Part shown: piece by piece, positions 38,300 through 49,070 of the stretch
How the letters are laid out: every line of letters starts with the position of its first letter
Numbering within the stretch: the first letter of the stretch is position 1
IMG/VR virus record: IMGVR_UViG_3300044807_000022
Span: 21,064-85,063 of that record
From: a virus
Length of the DNA: 64,000 bases
Reading direction: 5' to 3' (one strand)
The notes under the pieces: model-generated
Database searches by the model: none
What the model was told of the DNA's origin: nothing
Seen by the model: the letters and a program-made list of their open reading frames with translations, nothing else
Position numbers and translations under genes: made by a program

Positions 38300-39959
38300 G
38301 GATGAGCTTCCCCACAAGCGGGCGCTGCTCGCGGTCGCGCAGGTTCGGCACCGCCTCGCCGCCCAGCACCAGCACGCACGACCCGTACTCGTCGTTCAGT
38401 TCGTGCGCGTTGACGACCTTGCGCAGCGTGCCGTCGCCCATGTCCACCAGGAACGGGGCGTCTCCGTTCAGGTGGAAGTCCATCACGTCGTCGTGGCGCA
38501 CGGTGAGGCTGAAGTCGTTGTCAGGCATGGTCGAACCTCCGATTGTCGTTCTACGTTCCAGGTGACTTGATGAGCGCCCCAGGGGAGACGTTCTCGAACT
38601 CCACCGCGACCAGGCTGCCGTCGCGATTTAGTTTGACGATGGCGCGCGGGTGTTCCTTGCCCACGCGCTGCGTCTCACAGATGACGCCGCCGTTGGCGTT
38701 GGCGTCCTTGGGCTCGCTCTTGAGCTTGAACCGAATCTTCGTGCCAACCTCGACGCGGCCCTCTACGAGGGTGCCCTTCGCCCAGGAGGTCATACGCGCC
38801 TCCCGCGCTGGTGGTCGTGCATGTGGATCGGCTCGTCGGTGTAGGTGACGGTCATAACCGGCCTGCGGCGGTAGCGCACCGTGAACCCTTCGAGCTTCGT
38901 GCGCAGCGCGTCCACCAGGTCCTCGGGGTCCGACTGCGTGTCGTCGCCCTCAAGCTGGATGGAAAGCGTGACGGTGGTCTTGCGATCAGGCATGGTTGGC
39001 CTCCCGCGAGCGTGCGACCGCCTCCGCGAGTGCGTCACCCGTCTCATAGACCGTGCCGTCGTCGTCCTCGTTGATCCAGGCGTTCCGGCCCCAGGGGTAG
39101 AAGCCCTGCGACCGGATCAGCGCGTCCTCGGCCTCGGTCAGGTGGTCGGCCTCGATCCGGTCGGCGTCGATGGGTGCGAACCTGGTCCCGGTCATGGGGT
39201 CGCCTCATCGAAGTCGTAGCCGGTGACGGGTCGCCACTCGGTGACCTCGCGCTCGTCGGCGTCGATGATGCGGGGGTAGCCGTCGCGTCGGGCCTGCTGC
39301 ACCACGTCGCTGAAGTTCGTGCCGCTGAACTTGCACACGCCGCGAGGGTCGTTCGAGTCAGCGGCCCGTTGGGCCGTCAGGCGGTACTCCATCATCTTGA
39401 ACCTCCGATTTCAGTTGGGACTTCCCACGGCAGCCAATGGCGATGAGCCCGGCCCGCCAGAGCTTGTTCCTCGCCCGGCGCAAGGCGTCGGGGTGGGTCT
39501 GCATGTTGCGCACCAGTTCTGCCGTGTCGAACAGGTGGTCGGGGTCGTCGCGGTGGGCGTCGAGCACCCGCCGCTCCAGTGCGTTCAGGATCAGGTGCCG
39601 CTCGTTCACGTGTTGAACACGTCCGTCGTGCCGCCCGTGCGGTCGCGCGTGACGATGCAGACGGCATCGGTGGGCACGGACCGGCCGGTGTTGGCCGACA
39701 CGTCCCTGGCGATCCCGACCTGCGCCAGCGTGACGCGACGGAAGCCGCGAAGCTGGCCGTCGAGCGGGAGCGTCATGCGGTACTCGCCGTACAGCGGGTG
39801 GCCGCCGACGCCCGGCTCCTCGGTCAGGAGGACGCAGGACGAGTGCGTGCCGTCGCGGCGCGTGCGCGCGGCCTTGACCACGCAGAGCTTGGGCTTGCCG
39901 CCGCTGGTCAGCGGGCCGATGAACACGCGCCCCTTGCGCGGGGTCAGGTCTTCCGTCAT
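38289..39959 (-). CDS. Run of small hypothetical genes (38289-38528, 38551-38793, 38790-38993, 38986-39195, 39192-39395, 39358-39609, 39606-39959)
   Basis: Overlapping start/stop codons, GGAGG RBSs, typical codon bias. Confidence 0.55.
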
Positions 39960-40885
39960 GCGTCCTCCTCGATCCGTGTGAGCATGTCCACGCTGCACGT
40001 GGCGTGCCCACCCTTGTCTAGGTCTACTCCGGTCGAATGGTCGTTCGCGCCGAGCGACCACGGGCTGACACCGGAAACCGTGCCCAGGTCGCCGTTGGGG
40101 AGTTGTACGCGGTCGCCATCCTTGAACGGATTCGCCACCACGGGCATGCCGCTGACGACGGTCGTGCCGCCGGGGCCAGCGCCGGGGGCCACTGTCGGCG
40201 CGGGGGCTGCGGAAGGCGCGACGACCGTCAGGGGTTCCGCGCAGACGAAGCACTTGGGCTCGTCGTCGTCCTCGGGTGGTGTCCACGGTCGCTTGCCGAG
40301 CAGCTTGCCGTCCTTCTGCGCCGCGCCGACCTTGCCGCAAAGCTCCGAGCAGGCACCGTAGGTCTTGCCGTAGTCGTCGGCCACGACCCACGCCTCGATG
40401 CCCGCCGCCTGGGTGGCTCCGCACTCGCTGCACGTGCCGTCGATGATCTTGTCGGGCTCCGCGCCGCAGGAGGGGCACACGCCCGCCGTGGAGAGCGCTG
40501 CGGCGCTTGCCGTGCCCAGCGCCTCCTCCAGGTCGTCCTCGGTCTTCAGCGGCTTAGGGGGCTTTACACGCGCTGCGGCGTCCGCGAACAGGTCGTCCAC
40601 GCTCTTGCCGCGCGCCTGACGCACGTAGTCGGCGTAGCTCGGGCCGCTCTGCCAGTCGGTCCTGCCCGTATCGGGCGCGTCGGGGAAGTGCGCGCCAGCG
40701 GGGTCCAGGTCGTCCTCGTCCTCGTCGTCGTCCACGTCGGGCGCGCTCGCGTTGGGGTCGCCGTGGAACCCGCAACCGGGGCATGAGCCCACGTTCGGGT
40801 CGTCGTCGTCGGGGTCAAGCTGCGTGCCGCACTGCGGGCAGAACATCTTCCCCGCGAGAATGTCGGCAGCGTCGTCGTCAGCCAT
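39956..40885 (-). CDS. Multi zinc-ribbon protein
   Basis: Six CxxC-type pairs separated by acidic linkers. Confidence 0.6.
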   Translation of the reverse strand: MADDDAADILAGKMFCPQCGTQLDPDDDDPNVGSCPGCGFHGDPNASAPDVDDDEDEDDLDPAGAHFPDAPDTGRTDWQSGPSYADYVRQARGKSVDDLFADAAARVKPPKPLKTEDDLEEALGTASAAALSTAGVCPSCGAEPDKIIDGTCSECGATQAAGIEAWVVADDYGKTYGACSELCGKVGAAQKDGKLLGKRPWTPPEDDDEPKCFVCAEPLTVVAPSAAPAPTVAPGAGPGGTTVVSGMPVVANPFKDGDRVQLPNGDLGTVSGVSPWSLGANDHSTGVDLDKGGHATCSVDMLTRIEEDA

Positions 40886-41222
40886 GCGTTGGTGCCTCCT
40901 CGTAGGGGGTCGGGTCGCCCGAGCGGGCCTCGAAGAACCCGTCGTGCGCGCGCTTGATGGTGTGACGCAGTTGCGCCTTGGTCAGGACCGTGGCGTGCGG
41001 GAACATCGACACTGACCGCTCGCGCAGGCCGGTCCGGTCACCGCGCTCGATCAGGTCGTGGCACGGATCGCAGGCGGCCCACGGGGTCGTGCTGTTCATG
41101 CCCACGGCGGCGAGTCCACCTTTCGGCCTCGCAAGGAGCGCGGTCACCTGCACGCGCCCGGCGGGGTAGCTCCAGCACACCGGGCGCTGTGAGCAGAAGT
41201 CGCACTTGGGCTCCTCGGTCAT
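40878..41222 (-). CDS. Zinc-binding hypothetical protein
   Basis: CDFC...WAACDPC. Confidence 0.55.
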   Translation of the reverse strand: MTEEPKCDFCSQRPVCWSYPAGRVQVTALLARPKGGLAAVGMNSTTPWAACDPCHDLIERGDRTGLRERSVSMFPHATVLTKAQLRHTIKRAHDGFFEARSGDPTPYEEAPTHG

Positions 41223-41839
41223 GCTGCCTCCGATCCTGCGACGGTAGTTGCGGTTTCGTCGTAGCGGGCGATGGCCCACGCGATGGCGTGACAGCACCAG
41301 AGGAACTGCCAGTCGTACTCGCGCAGGTCCCACTCCCACGTCTCCAGGTGAACGCCGACGCTCTCCTCCAGGAGTTGCAGGCGCTCGCGCCCCTCCTCCG
41401 GGTGGAGCGTCCAGTCGTACAGGACCTCGCGCTCCAGCGCTTCGATCAGGAGCGACGGGTAGATCATGTCGCCGTCCTCACCGTACTCAAGCTCGTCGCG
41501 CGCCCAAAAGAGCACGCGTTCGCGCAGGGCGTCGTGCGAGTACACACGCGCGCCATCGGGTCGGGGGGCCTGCAACTTCTGGCTCCAGTAGTCCGGGTTG
41601 ATCCCGTGGTCGCTCCTGAAGAACTGGAACATATCTCGGATGCGCGAGAACACGAAGTCGCCCGCGTCTCCGACGATGGCGAGGTAGCCGGGCCAGGTCA
41701 CCACGTCGAACCCGTAGATGTAGGTGCCCGGCTGCTGGCAGCGCAGGTGCCGGTAGAGACCGGCGTCCTTGATGACGGTCAGAACGTGCTCGGCGGTCTC
41801 CTGCTCGAAGCGGGCCTTGGAACGCTCGACTGTCGTCAT
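41219..41839 (-). CDS. Conserved phage hypothetical protein
   Basis: FDVVTWPGYLAIVGD.G..VFSR..DMFQFF...INPDYWSQKL. Confidence 0.6.
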   Translation of the reverse strand: MTTVERSKARFEQETAEHVLTVIKDAGLYRHLRCQQPGTYIYGFDVVTWPGYLAIVGDAGDFVFSRIRDMFQFFRSDHGINPDYWSQKLQAPRPDGARVYSHDALRERVLFWARDELEYGEDGDMIYPSLLIEALEREVLYDWTLHPEEGRERLQLLEESVGVHLETWEWDLREYDWQFLWCCHAIAWAIARYDETATTVAGSEAA

Positions 41840-42969
41840 GGCTTCCTCCCGGTGAGTAGCTGGCGGGCTCGCTTGATGCCCAGGTCGGTGAGCTTCCGGC
41901 CACGGGACGTGACCTGCACGTAGCCCTTCTCGATCAGCCACGGTTCGACGCGCAGGTTGATCGACTTCGTGTCGCGCGACTTGCCGATGGCGGTGGCGAT
42001 GGTGTTCACACTCGCCTGGTAGCTCACTTCGTCCGTCGTCTTGTTCACCGAGCGGCAGCGCTCGTAGAGGAACGTCAGCATGTTCACCATGTCGCGCGTG
42101 AGCCCGTCAGGCTCGACGGCGTTCAGGTCGAACAGGACCTCACGTGCGAGCGCCGCGTCGATGGTGCCGCCGCTCCCCGCGAGTCGCGAGCCGTTCTTCA
42201 TGTAGTTGTTCAGCACGCGCGGCGTGCGGCGTGCGGCGGCGGCGAACATCTGCTTCGCCGTGTCGGTGATCGTCAGGCCGAGCACGTCCGCGTTGAACTG
42301 CGCGATCTGCTCCATGTGGTGGCCGTCGTACGGCTCCAGGTGCGGGCGCAGCGCGAACCTGTTCAGGAACGCGTCGGGCAGCATGCCCTCGTCGGTCGTG
42401 GTGCCGATGATGCAGATGTGCGGGTAGGGCAGGACGCCGACGCCGGTCGTGATCGTCCGGTCCTCCATGAGCGCGTACAGGACCTCAGGCTGGGTGGCGC
42501 TCGACTTGCCGCGCCGCTCCATCACGGCCTGCTGGTGAATCTCCTCGATTCGGAGAATGTCGCCGTCACGCATGACCTGGCGAAGTTCGAGCAGGGTGTC
42601 CATCGAGACGGGGGCCTCGGCCTCGTAGACCTCGACTCCCATTTCGTTTGCGATCACGTGACTGAAGGTGGACTTTCCGGTGCCGCTCGGGCCGACAAGA
42701 AGCGTGTGGTCCAGCGGCTCGTCGGCGGCGATGCAGGCATCGACCACGCGCTCCATGAGCCGGACGGCCTTCTCCTGGCCGATGACCTGGTGGAACAGGT
42801 GCGGGCGCAGCGGGTTCTGCGTGCGGTCGCTCGACGTGCTGGGCGCGGGGCCACCCGTGGTCGGGGTGGCCTCTGCCTCCACCGCAGCGGCACGCACTGC
42901 GCCCTCCGCACGGGCGGCTTCGATGGCGCGCGCCTCGTCCGTCAGGGGTGGGTGGTAGAGGGTCTTCAT
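41836..42969 (-). CDS. ruvB: RuvB-like Holliday-junction branch-migration AAA+ ATPase
   Basis: LRP..F..VIGQ, LDHTLLVGPSGTGKST, EEIH, LMED, GTTT, RF, RTPR, VEPWLIEKGYVQVTSRGR. Confidence 0.85.
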   Translation of the reverse strand: MKTLYHPPLTDEARAIEAARAEGAVRAAAVEAEATPTTGGPAPSTSSDRTQNPLRPHLFHQVIGQEKAVRLMERVVDACIAADEPLDHTLLVGPSGTGKSTFSHVIANEMGVEVYEAEAPVSMDTLLELRQVMRDGDILRIEEIHQQAVMERRGKSSATQPEVLYALMEDRTITTGVGVLPYPHICIIGTTTDEGMLPDAFLNRFALRPHLEPYDGHHMEQIAQFNADVLGLTITDTAKQMFAAAARRTPRVLNNYMKNGSRLAGSGGTIDAALAREVLFDLNAVEPDGLTRDMVNMLTFLYERCRSVNKTTDEVSYQASVNTIATAIGKSRDTKSINLRVEPWLIEKGYVQVTSRGRKLTDLGIKRARQLLTGRKP

Positions 42970-43958
42970 ACGTCCTGGTTCTCCTTCTCGTGTGGGTAGG
43001 CGTTCTGCTCCACGTACTGCGCAGTCTCGCCGGTCGGGTCGAGCGCGTGCGCCGCTTCGAGCAGGGCGGGCCGCCGGGGGCCGCTGGACTCGAACTGGCA
43101 CTCCTCGCGGATCAGGTCGAGCATGAGCAGGCGGCCGTCGCGACCGGGAGGCACGACGCCCATCGCTTCGAGCAAGTCGTTCGCCTCCATGCGCTCCAGC
43201 GCGTCGAGCGCGACCGTTGCGGCGGCGTGCGGGTCCCACTCCATGCCGCGCTCGTCGGCGTCGTGCTTGTCGGCCGCTAGTGCGCGGGCGAGCATCGGGT
43301 GAAGCGTCTCGCGGTCGATCATGTGTCCTCCGTCGTGATTTCGCCTGCGTCCAGGATGACGAACCGGGACTCGTCCACGGTCGGGGTGCTGATGCGCTGC
43401 TCGGCGTAGAGCGGGTGCGCCCTGATCTGCTCCAGGACCTCGACGTTCTGCTCCTCCGTGAGCGGGTTCGGTCCCGTCAGGCCGATGTACGCCTCACGCG
43501 AGGCGTTGTGCAGGTAGCCGACGATCCACCAGTACATGACCGCCATGTTGTGCTCCTCGGAGCCCTCCATGCGGCGCACTACTTCGATGGTCGCCGTGGC
43601 CTCGTCCGGCGCGTCGGTCTCGAAGATTTCGGTGGCGACGAACACGCCGGGCACGCGCATCTGCTCCGCGAGTGCTTCACCCGAGACGATCAGGTTGTCC
43701 GTGAACGTGGCAACGGTCATGGGGGCGGGGCCGCCGGGCGTCGGCATGTGCGTGTAGACGGTGCAGCGAATCGCTTCACGCATGGCTCTTGCTCCTCGGT
43801 CGGGTCTGGGCGGGCTGCCGCTCGACGGGTTCGACGGTGACGCGCTCGACCCAGGGAAACCCTGACGCCAGTTTGGCGATCCGGTCGAGCGCGTCAGCCG
43901 CCTCGTTCTTCGTGTCGGCCTCGATCTGGAGGACGAGCCTGCCGTCGTACGCGGTCAC
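42966..43958 (-). CDS. Three small hypothetical genes (42966-43322, 43319-43783, 43776-43958)
   Basis: Coupled ORFs. Confidence 0.55.
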
Positions 43959-44938
43959 GCCGCGTCCTCTGCGGCAAGCTCGTCCGCACGCTGTACGAGC
44001 GCGTCGATCTGCTGGTCCACGATGTGCGTGGCCTCCGACGCCCTCTTGAGCTTCGTGCCGAGCATGTCCGCGTACTTCGCGATCTGCTCCTCCAGGGCCT
44101 TGCGCTCCTGGATGACGTTGCGGAGGAGGTCCTTCCTGATGTAGCTCGGATTGCGGTCGAGCACGGCCGCGACCTTCGCGACCATTTCCTCGGCCGCGCC
44201 CTGCACGTGCTGCGTGAAGTGCTTCTCGACACGCTCGCGCTCCAGGTCGCCATTCGCGATGGCGATGGACCACAGTTCGGCGTCACCGTCGTAAAGCTCC
44301 TCCAGGACGGTCGTGATCGAGTCGAGCACCTTCTGCTGCTTGTCGCCCTTGGGCACGAAGTACAGGCCGCCCGCCTTGCCGCGCAGGTTCGACGCGCCCA
44401 GCCGGTGCAGTTGGCCGCGCACGGCGTTCCGCACCTTCTGGCCGGGCACGCGCGAGGAGTTCTTCGCGTAGTAGTCCCGGATCGCGTCCTCGATGCCCTC
44501 GCCCGCGAGCGCTGCCGCGTGCTCGGACTCCAGCGCCTCGACCGCGATGGTCTCGTCCGCCTTGTCGAACGTGACGCGCAGCGCCTTGGGGTGGTCGATG
44601 ACCCGATGCTCCAGGTCTCGGATGAGCCGCGTGATCTGGTACGTGCAGTCGCGCGAGGTCTCCGAAAGCTCGTCCACCTTGATTTCGGTGATGCGGCCGT
44701 TCATGCGCCGCGTCTCGACCGAACGACAGGCACGCTGGAACACGTGGACGGCGTTGCGCGCCTGCGGCACCAGGTCGGTGTCCAGGTCGTGCCCCGCCCA
44801 CATGCGCAGGAGCTTCGTGCCTTCGATGGGCCGGTCCGGGATGGTGTACGTGGCGGCCCACCCGAGAATGTGGTCCATGGTGATGTTGCCGCCGGGGGTG
44901 ACGGCCACTGCGCCCTTGGGCAGTCGCTTACGAGCCAT
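43955..44938 (-). CDS. DUF6744/DUF3150-like protein with C-terminal coiled coil
   Basis: GGLYFVP motif; located after vWA and MoxR genes. Confidence 0.5.
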   Translation of the reverse strand: MARKRLPKGAVAVTPGGNITMDHILGWAATYTIPDRPIEGTKLLRMWAGHDLDTDLVPQARNAVHVFQRACRSVETRRMNGRITEIKVDELSETSRDCTYQITRLIRDLEHRVIDHPKALRVTFDKADETIAVEALESEHAAALAGEGIEDAIRDYYAKNSSRVPGQKVRNAVRGQLHRLGASNLRGKAGGLYFVPKGDKQQKVLDSITTVLEELYDGDAELWSIAIANGDLERERVEKHFTQHVQGAAEEMVAKVAAVLDRNPSYIRKDLLRNVIQERKALEEQIAKYADMLGTKLKRASEATHIVDQQIDALVQRADELAAEDAA

Positions 44939-45122
44939 TCTGAACCTCCGATTGCAGTTGCGGTTTCGTTGAAGGGTTCGACCCACGCCGGGTCTGGCTT
45001 GCAGAGGTTTCTCTGGGCCAGAGCCCATCCCCCCCTGCCGCGCCCGGCGCGGGCCTTGCGGCGTCACGTGCCGCCGCCGTTCTGCGTACGCCTGCTGCTC
45101 TGGCCGACTGCGTACGCATGTC

Positions 45123-46793
45123 TTAGGTGATCGCGGTGGCGAGTTGGTCGGTGGCCTCGTTCGCGCCCGAGAGCGACAGGTCGCTCACGTGGACCTGCGT
45201 CTCGGCCATCTGTGCGAGGTAGCCGTACGAGCCGCCGATGCCCACGCCGTGGATGCGGACGCCGCGACCGTTCAGGCGATCCTTCAACTCCTGGTCGTCA
45301 GCGCCAAAGTGGTCCTCGCCATCCGTGATGATTACGAGGTCCGCCTTCTTGAACTCGGGCACCTGCTCCATGATCTTCGCGCCGTGCGCGACGGCCGGGC
45401 CAATGTCCGTGCCGCCGCCGAAGTAGTGCGACGTGAAGTCGATGATGTGCTCGGGGTCGAGCGTTTGGCGTCCGGGGAAGAACCACGCGTGCTGTTCGCT
45501 CGCGGAGCCGAACTCGATGCACGCCGCGTCTCGCTTCTCCTTGTGTGCGATGTTCACCAGCGCCAGCGAGACCGCGCGTGCCCACACGTTGCGGTCGCCA
45601 TACATGGACCCGCTGCCGTCCACCAGCACGACGACGGGGCCACGGCCCTCGGGCTCGTTCCCGCGTAGCTCGTACTGAGCGATGGCCTTCTCGTGATACC
45701 GACGCATGAACTCCAGTCGGAAGATCGGGTGCTTGAGCTTCGCCAGTTCGTGTGGGAGCGCGAGGCTGATCGTGTCGCCCAACTCCACGTCCACGACCTC
45801 CTCGAAGCCACCGACGACGCGGTTGGCGCGCTTGAACCGCATGTCACGCTCCAGGCGGCCCATCAGTTCGGCCACCTTGCGCAGCATGTCGTTCTTGCGC
45901 CACATTTCCGCGAGCGCGAACATCTTGTCCGGGGCGATGCGCGAGCCCGCGCCAGCACCCACGCCGGGCATAGCCATCATGGCCTCGGCGTCTTCCTTCG
46001 CCTGAGCCACGGCGTCGTCCACCGCGTCGGCCACGGCCATGCCCATGCCTGCCGCCTGCTGCTGCTGCACCTGCGCGTCGAGGCTCTGCTGGGCCTGCGT
46101 GTGCGCCGCTGCCAGGTCGGCCATTTCCTGCTGCTGTTCGGGCGTCATGGTGTTCTGCTCGAACGCGTCACGCAGCGCCTCCAGCTTGCGCTCCAGGTCC
46201 TCCAGCGAAAGCTCCTGCTCGCGCATCTGCTCGGACCGGCGTGCGTGCTCCGACAGGACGCCGGTCTTCAGCGATTCGCTGAGCGACTGCGTGAGACCCA
46301 TCGTGGCGAACGCCGCCTCGAACTCGTTCATGCGCGTGGTCGGGCGCGTGTCCATGAACTCGTCGCTGTTGATGATTCGCGACATGATGCGGCGGTGCAG
46401 TTCGTGCGAGGGCTTGATCTGGTGGTCGCCCATCGGCTTTGGCTCGTCGTACGTGAAGTACGCGCGGAAGGCGTCGGACGCGAGGTCGGGCCAGAGCGAC
46501 CACGGACCCTCGGGCATGGCGACCTGGTGCTGGCACTTCGCGCACGTGACCTCCGCGCCGTCGATCTGCCAGTCGGGCTCGTCAGTGCCGCAGTTCGGGC
46601 ACTTCGTCGGGGGATCGCCCTGCGGGACGTTCGGGCTGTTCTCGAAGATGGCGTTGAACTTGGGGGCCTTGTCCCTGAAGTCCTCCAGGTACGAATCGTC
46701 CACGCGGTCGTGCGTGACCACGGACGAGGACAGGTCGGTCATTCGCTGCTCTGTCCGGTTGAACAGGTTCTTCACGCGGTCCATCAGGCCCAT
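45123..46793 (-). CDS. vWA-domain protein (ViaA-like)
   Basis: MIDAS VDGSGSM, GGGT, IITDGE; LPHEL; GRGPVVVLVD. Confidence 0.85.
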   Translation of the reverse strand: MGLMDRVKNLFNRTEQRMTDLSSSVVTHDRVDDSYLEDFRDKAPKFNAIFENSPNVPQGDPPTKCPNCGTDEPDWQIDGAEVTCAKCQHQVAMPEGPWSLWPDLASDAFRAYFTYDEPKPMGDHQIKPSHELHRRIMSRIINSDEFMDTRPTTRMNEFEAAFATMGLTQSLSESLKTGVLSEHARRSEQMREQELSLEDLERKLEALRDAFEQNTMTPEQQQEMADLAAAHTQAQQSLDAQVQQQQAAGMGMAVADAVDDAVAQAKEDAEAMMAMPGVGAGAGSRIAPDKMFALAEMWRKNDMLRKVAELMGRLERDMRFKRANRVVGGFEEVVDVELGDTISLALPHELAKLKHPIFRLEFMRRYHEKAIAQYELRGNEPEGRGPVVVLVDGSGSMYGDRNVWARAVSLALVNIAHKEKRDAACIEFGSASEQHAWFFPGRQTLDPEHIIDFTSHYFGGGTDIGPAVAHGAKIMEQVPEFKKADLVIITDGEDHFGADDQELKDRLNGRGVRIHGVGIGGSYGYLAQMAETQVHVSDLSLSGANEATDQLATAIT

Positions 46794-46892
46794 GTCTAAA
46801 CCTCCGATTGCAGTTGCGATTTCATATGGCAGCGCCCAGGCGTCGAACCTGGACCATCGGAGCGCCAGTGCTCCGCGCCGCCACCCGAGGAC

Positions 46893-48113
46893 TTACGACG
46901 GGTTGATGCCGAACGCTTCCTTCTGCACCCAATCCTTGTCGGACTGGATCGACTTCGCGAGTTCCGCGAGCGTGGACGCGTCTCGGCCGTCCTTGTTCGC
47001 GGCCTCCAGCTTCTCCTCGACCTTCGCGCTGAGCAGGTCGAGCAGGCGCTTCACGCGGATGGCCTGACCGATCTGCTCCTGGTTGTTCGGGTCGATGGTG
47101 CCTGCGGCCGTGAGTTGCTGGAACTCGACCTTGATCGGGTCGTACTCGTCCTGGTACTTCGCAGCCGCGCGCTCGAACTCGGACGCGAAGTCGAGCACGA
47201 TGCGGTAGGCGGTCTGCTCGTCCTCGGGCTCGCGCCAGATGACGTGCTGGAACACCTTTATGTCGTCGGACAGCACTTCGTCGCGACCGGCCATGTACGC
47301 CTTCGCCTGCATGAGCTTCACGCCCGCGCCGAACCGGCGAGGGTTGATGTGAAGGTTCTGCTCCATGCACATGCGACGGAGACGTGCGAGGTCGTCCATC
47401 ACGGAGTCCGGCACGTCGATGGCGGCCGTCTCGCTGATGGCCGCGTTCACGTCGTCCACGGTCATCTGCGTGAACGTCGTCGCGACCGTGTTGCCGAGCC
47501 TGCGCGCGATCTGCCCACGCAGCACGGCCTTGAACCCGTCGTCCGAGCGTACGTCGTGGACCATCTTCGTTACGACGATCCGGTCACGGAACGCGCGCAG
47601 GTCGTCGCGGTCCAGGCCCGGCAGTTCGTTCGACGCGAAGCCGCACGTCCACAGGGGCACGGGGATCGCGCCCCCGTTGTTGTCGAACTGGCGCTCGTTG
47701 ATGATCTTGAGCATCGAGTTCAGCACGTTCGCGGGGGCCTTGAAGACCTCATCCACGAACGCCAGGTGCGCGTCCGGGAGCTTGCCCGAGACGTTGCGCT
47801 CGAACTTGTCCTGCTCCAGCGCCTTCAGCGACACCGGACCCAGAAGCTCCTCGGCGGGCGTCTGCTTGAACACCAGCCGCTCGAAGTAGCGCGCGCCGTC
47901 CACGTGGCGCGCGAGGAGCCGCAGGGTCATCGACTTCGCCACGCCGGGGATGCCGATGAACAGCGGGTGCTCCATCGCGAGCAGGCAGAGGTAGATCAGT
48001 TCGACCTCCTCGTTGCGCTCGACCAGTTCGGCCTTGTCCTCGCGCATGCACTGCTGCAACTGCTGCGCGAGGGACGGCGTGGCCGCCTTCGCCTTCGCTC
48101 CTGTTGTTGCCAT
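46893..48113 (-). CDS. MoxR-family AAA+ ATPase (RavA-like)
   Basis: LVERNEE, GIPGVAKS, EELLGP, FVDEVFKA, INER, ASNELP, DR. Confidence 0.88.
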   Translation of the reverse strand: MATTGAKAKAATPSLAQQLQQCMREDKAELVERNEEVELIYLCLLAMEHPLFIGIPGVAKSMTLRLLARHVDGARYFERLVFKQTPAEELLGPVSLKALEQDKFERNVSGKLPDAHLAFVDEVFKAPANVLNSMLKIINERQFDNNGGAIPVPLWTCGFASNELPGLDRDDLRAFRDRIVVTKMVHDVRSDDGFKAVLRGQIARRLGNTVATTFTQMTVDDVNAAISETAAIDVPDSVMDDLARLRRMCMEQNLHINPRRFGAGVKLMQAKAYMAGRDEVLSDDIKVFQHVIWREPEDEQTAYRIVLDFASEFERAAAKYQDEYDPIKVEFQQLTAAGTIDPNNQEQIGQAIRVKRLLDLLSAKVEEKLEAANKDGRDASTLAELAKSIQSDKDWVQKEAFGINPS

Positions 48114-48143
48114 GCTCCTGTGACCTCCTCGGTGGTCCTGGTT

Positions 48144-48179
48144 CTACTGCCTGAAACCGGCTATGCCGGAAAGTGTGAC
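48144..48179 (-). promoter_or_regulatory. Phage-specific promoter-like motif copy 1
   Basis: GTCACACTTTCCGGCATAGCCGGTTTCAGGCAGTAG, about 30 nt upstream of the RavA-like ATG. Confidence 0.7.
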
Positions 48180-48255
48180 GGTGGCTAGAGCTTCGTGATC
48201 GCGGCCACCACGTCGATCAGGATGGCCGCGCTGAGCACGACCTTCGTTCGTACGC

Positions 48256-49026
48256 TCATGCGTGCCTCCGGTTCTGGGTCTCCTCGATCACGACCTCATG
48301 CGGGGCGAAGACGAGTCGATGCCCGGCCTCGGATGCACGCTCGACCAGTTCGAGCCCCACGCGCGTACGCTTGACCGCGCGCTGGCTCACGGTGAGCACG
48401 TTCGCCTGCACTCCCTCGTCGGGGTGCGGGTAGCAGACGGCCACGGGGTGCTGGCCGCTGAAGATGACGCCGTTCTCCACGCGCACGTGCCCGGCCGTGA
48501 TGTGGTTCCAGCCCCAGCGTCCGCGAGGGTTGCCGACGATCACGTCGAGTGCCTGTTCGTGCCGTTCGACGCGCCGCTCACGCGCGCGCTCGTTCGCCTC
48601 CTCGGCCCTGCGTGCCTCGAACTCGCCGTAGGTCTCGTCGTGCTCGATCCACTCGCCGTCGCTGTTGAGGGTCGCGCGCGGGTTCGCACGTACGCACTCG
48701 CCGTAGCCGGTGCGCCAGTCGTCGCCCAGCTTCACGAAGATCGCGGACTCGCCTGAGCCGCGCGCCACGCGGGCGAAGGCGCGCACGCCGGATGCCATGC
48801 TCATGCGGTCGGCCGTGCTGATCGTCTCCCAGCCACCCGTGTAGAAGGTGAGCATGCCGTCCGGGTAGAAGGTGACCACGTTCGTAGCGTGGAAGCGGAT
48901 CGCGTACGCGGTGTCGCTCGGGTCGTGCCCGTCCAGGCGCATGATCCGCGTGTTGCGCGCGATGGGCTTGCCCGCGTCGGGGCGCTTCGCCTTCGCGTGA
49001 AGCCGTGCTGCCTCCTCGTAGTCCAT
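48256..49026 (-). CDS. Hypothetical protein
   Basis: MDYEEAARL..., GGAGG RBS. Confidence 0.6.
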   Translation of the reverse strand: MDYEEAARLHAKAKRPDAGKPIARNTRIMRLDGHDPSDTAYAIRFHATNVVTFYPDGMLTFYTGGWETISTADRMSMASGVRAFARVARGSGESAIFVKLGDDWRTGYGECVRANPRATLNSDGEWIEHDETYGEFEARRAEEANERARERRVERHEQALDVIVGNPRGRWGWNHITAGHVRVENGVIFSGQHPVAVCYPHPDEGVQANVLTVSQRAVKRTRVGLELVERASEAGHRLVFAPHEVVIEETQNRRHA

Positions 49027-49070
49027 CGCCAGCCTCCGTTCGTCGCGATCCCGCGACTGCCGTTGGGAGT

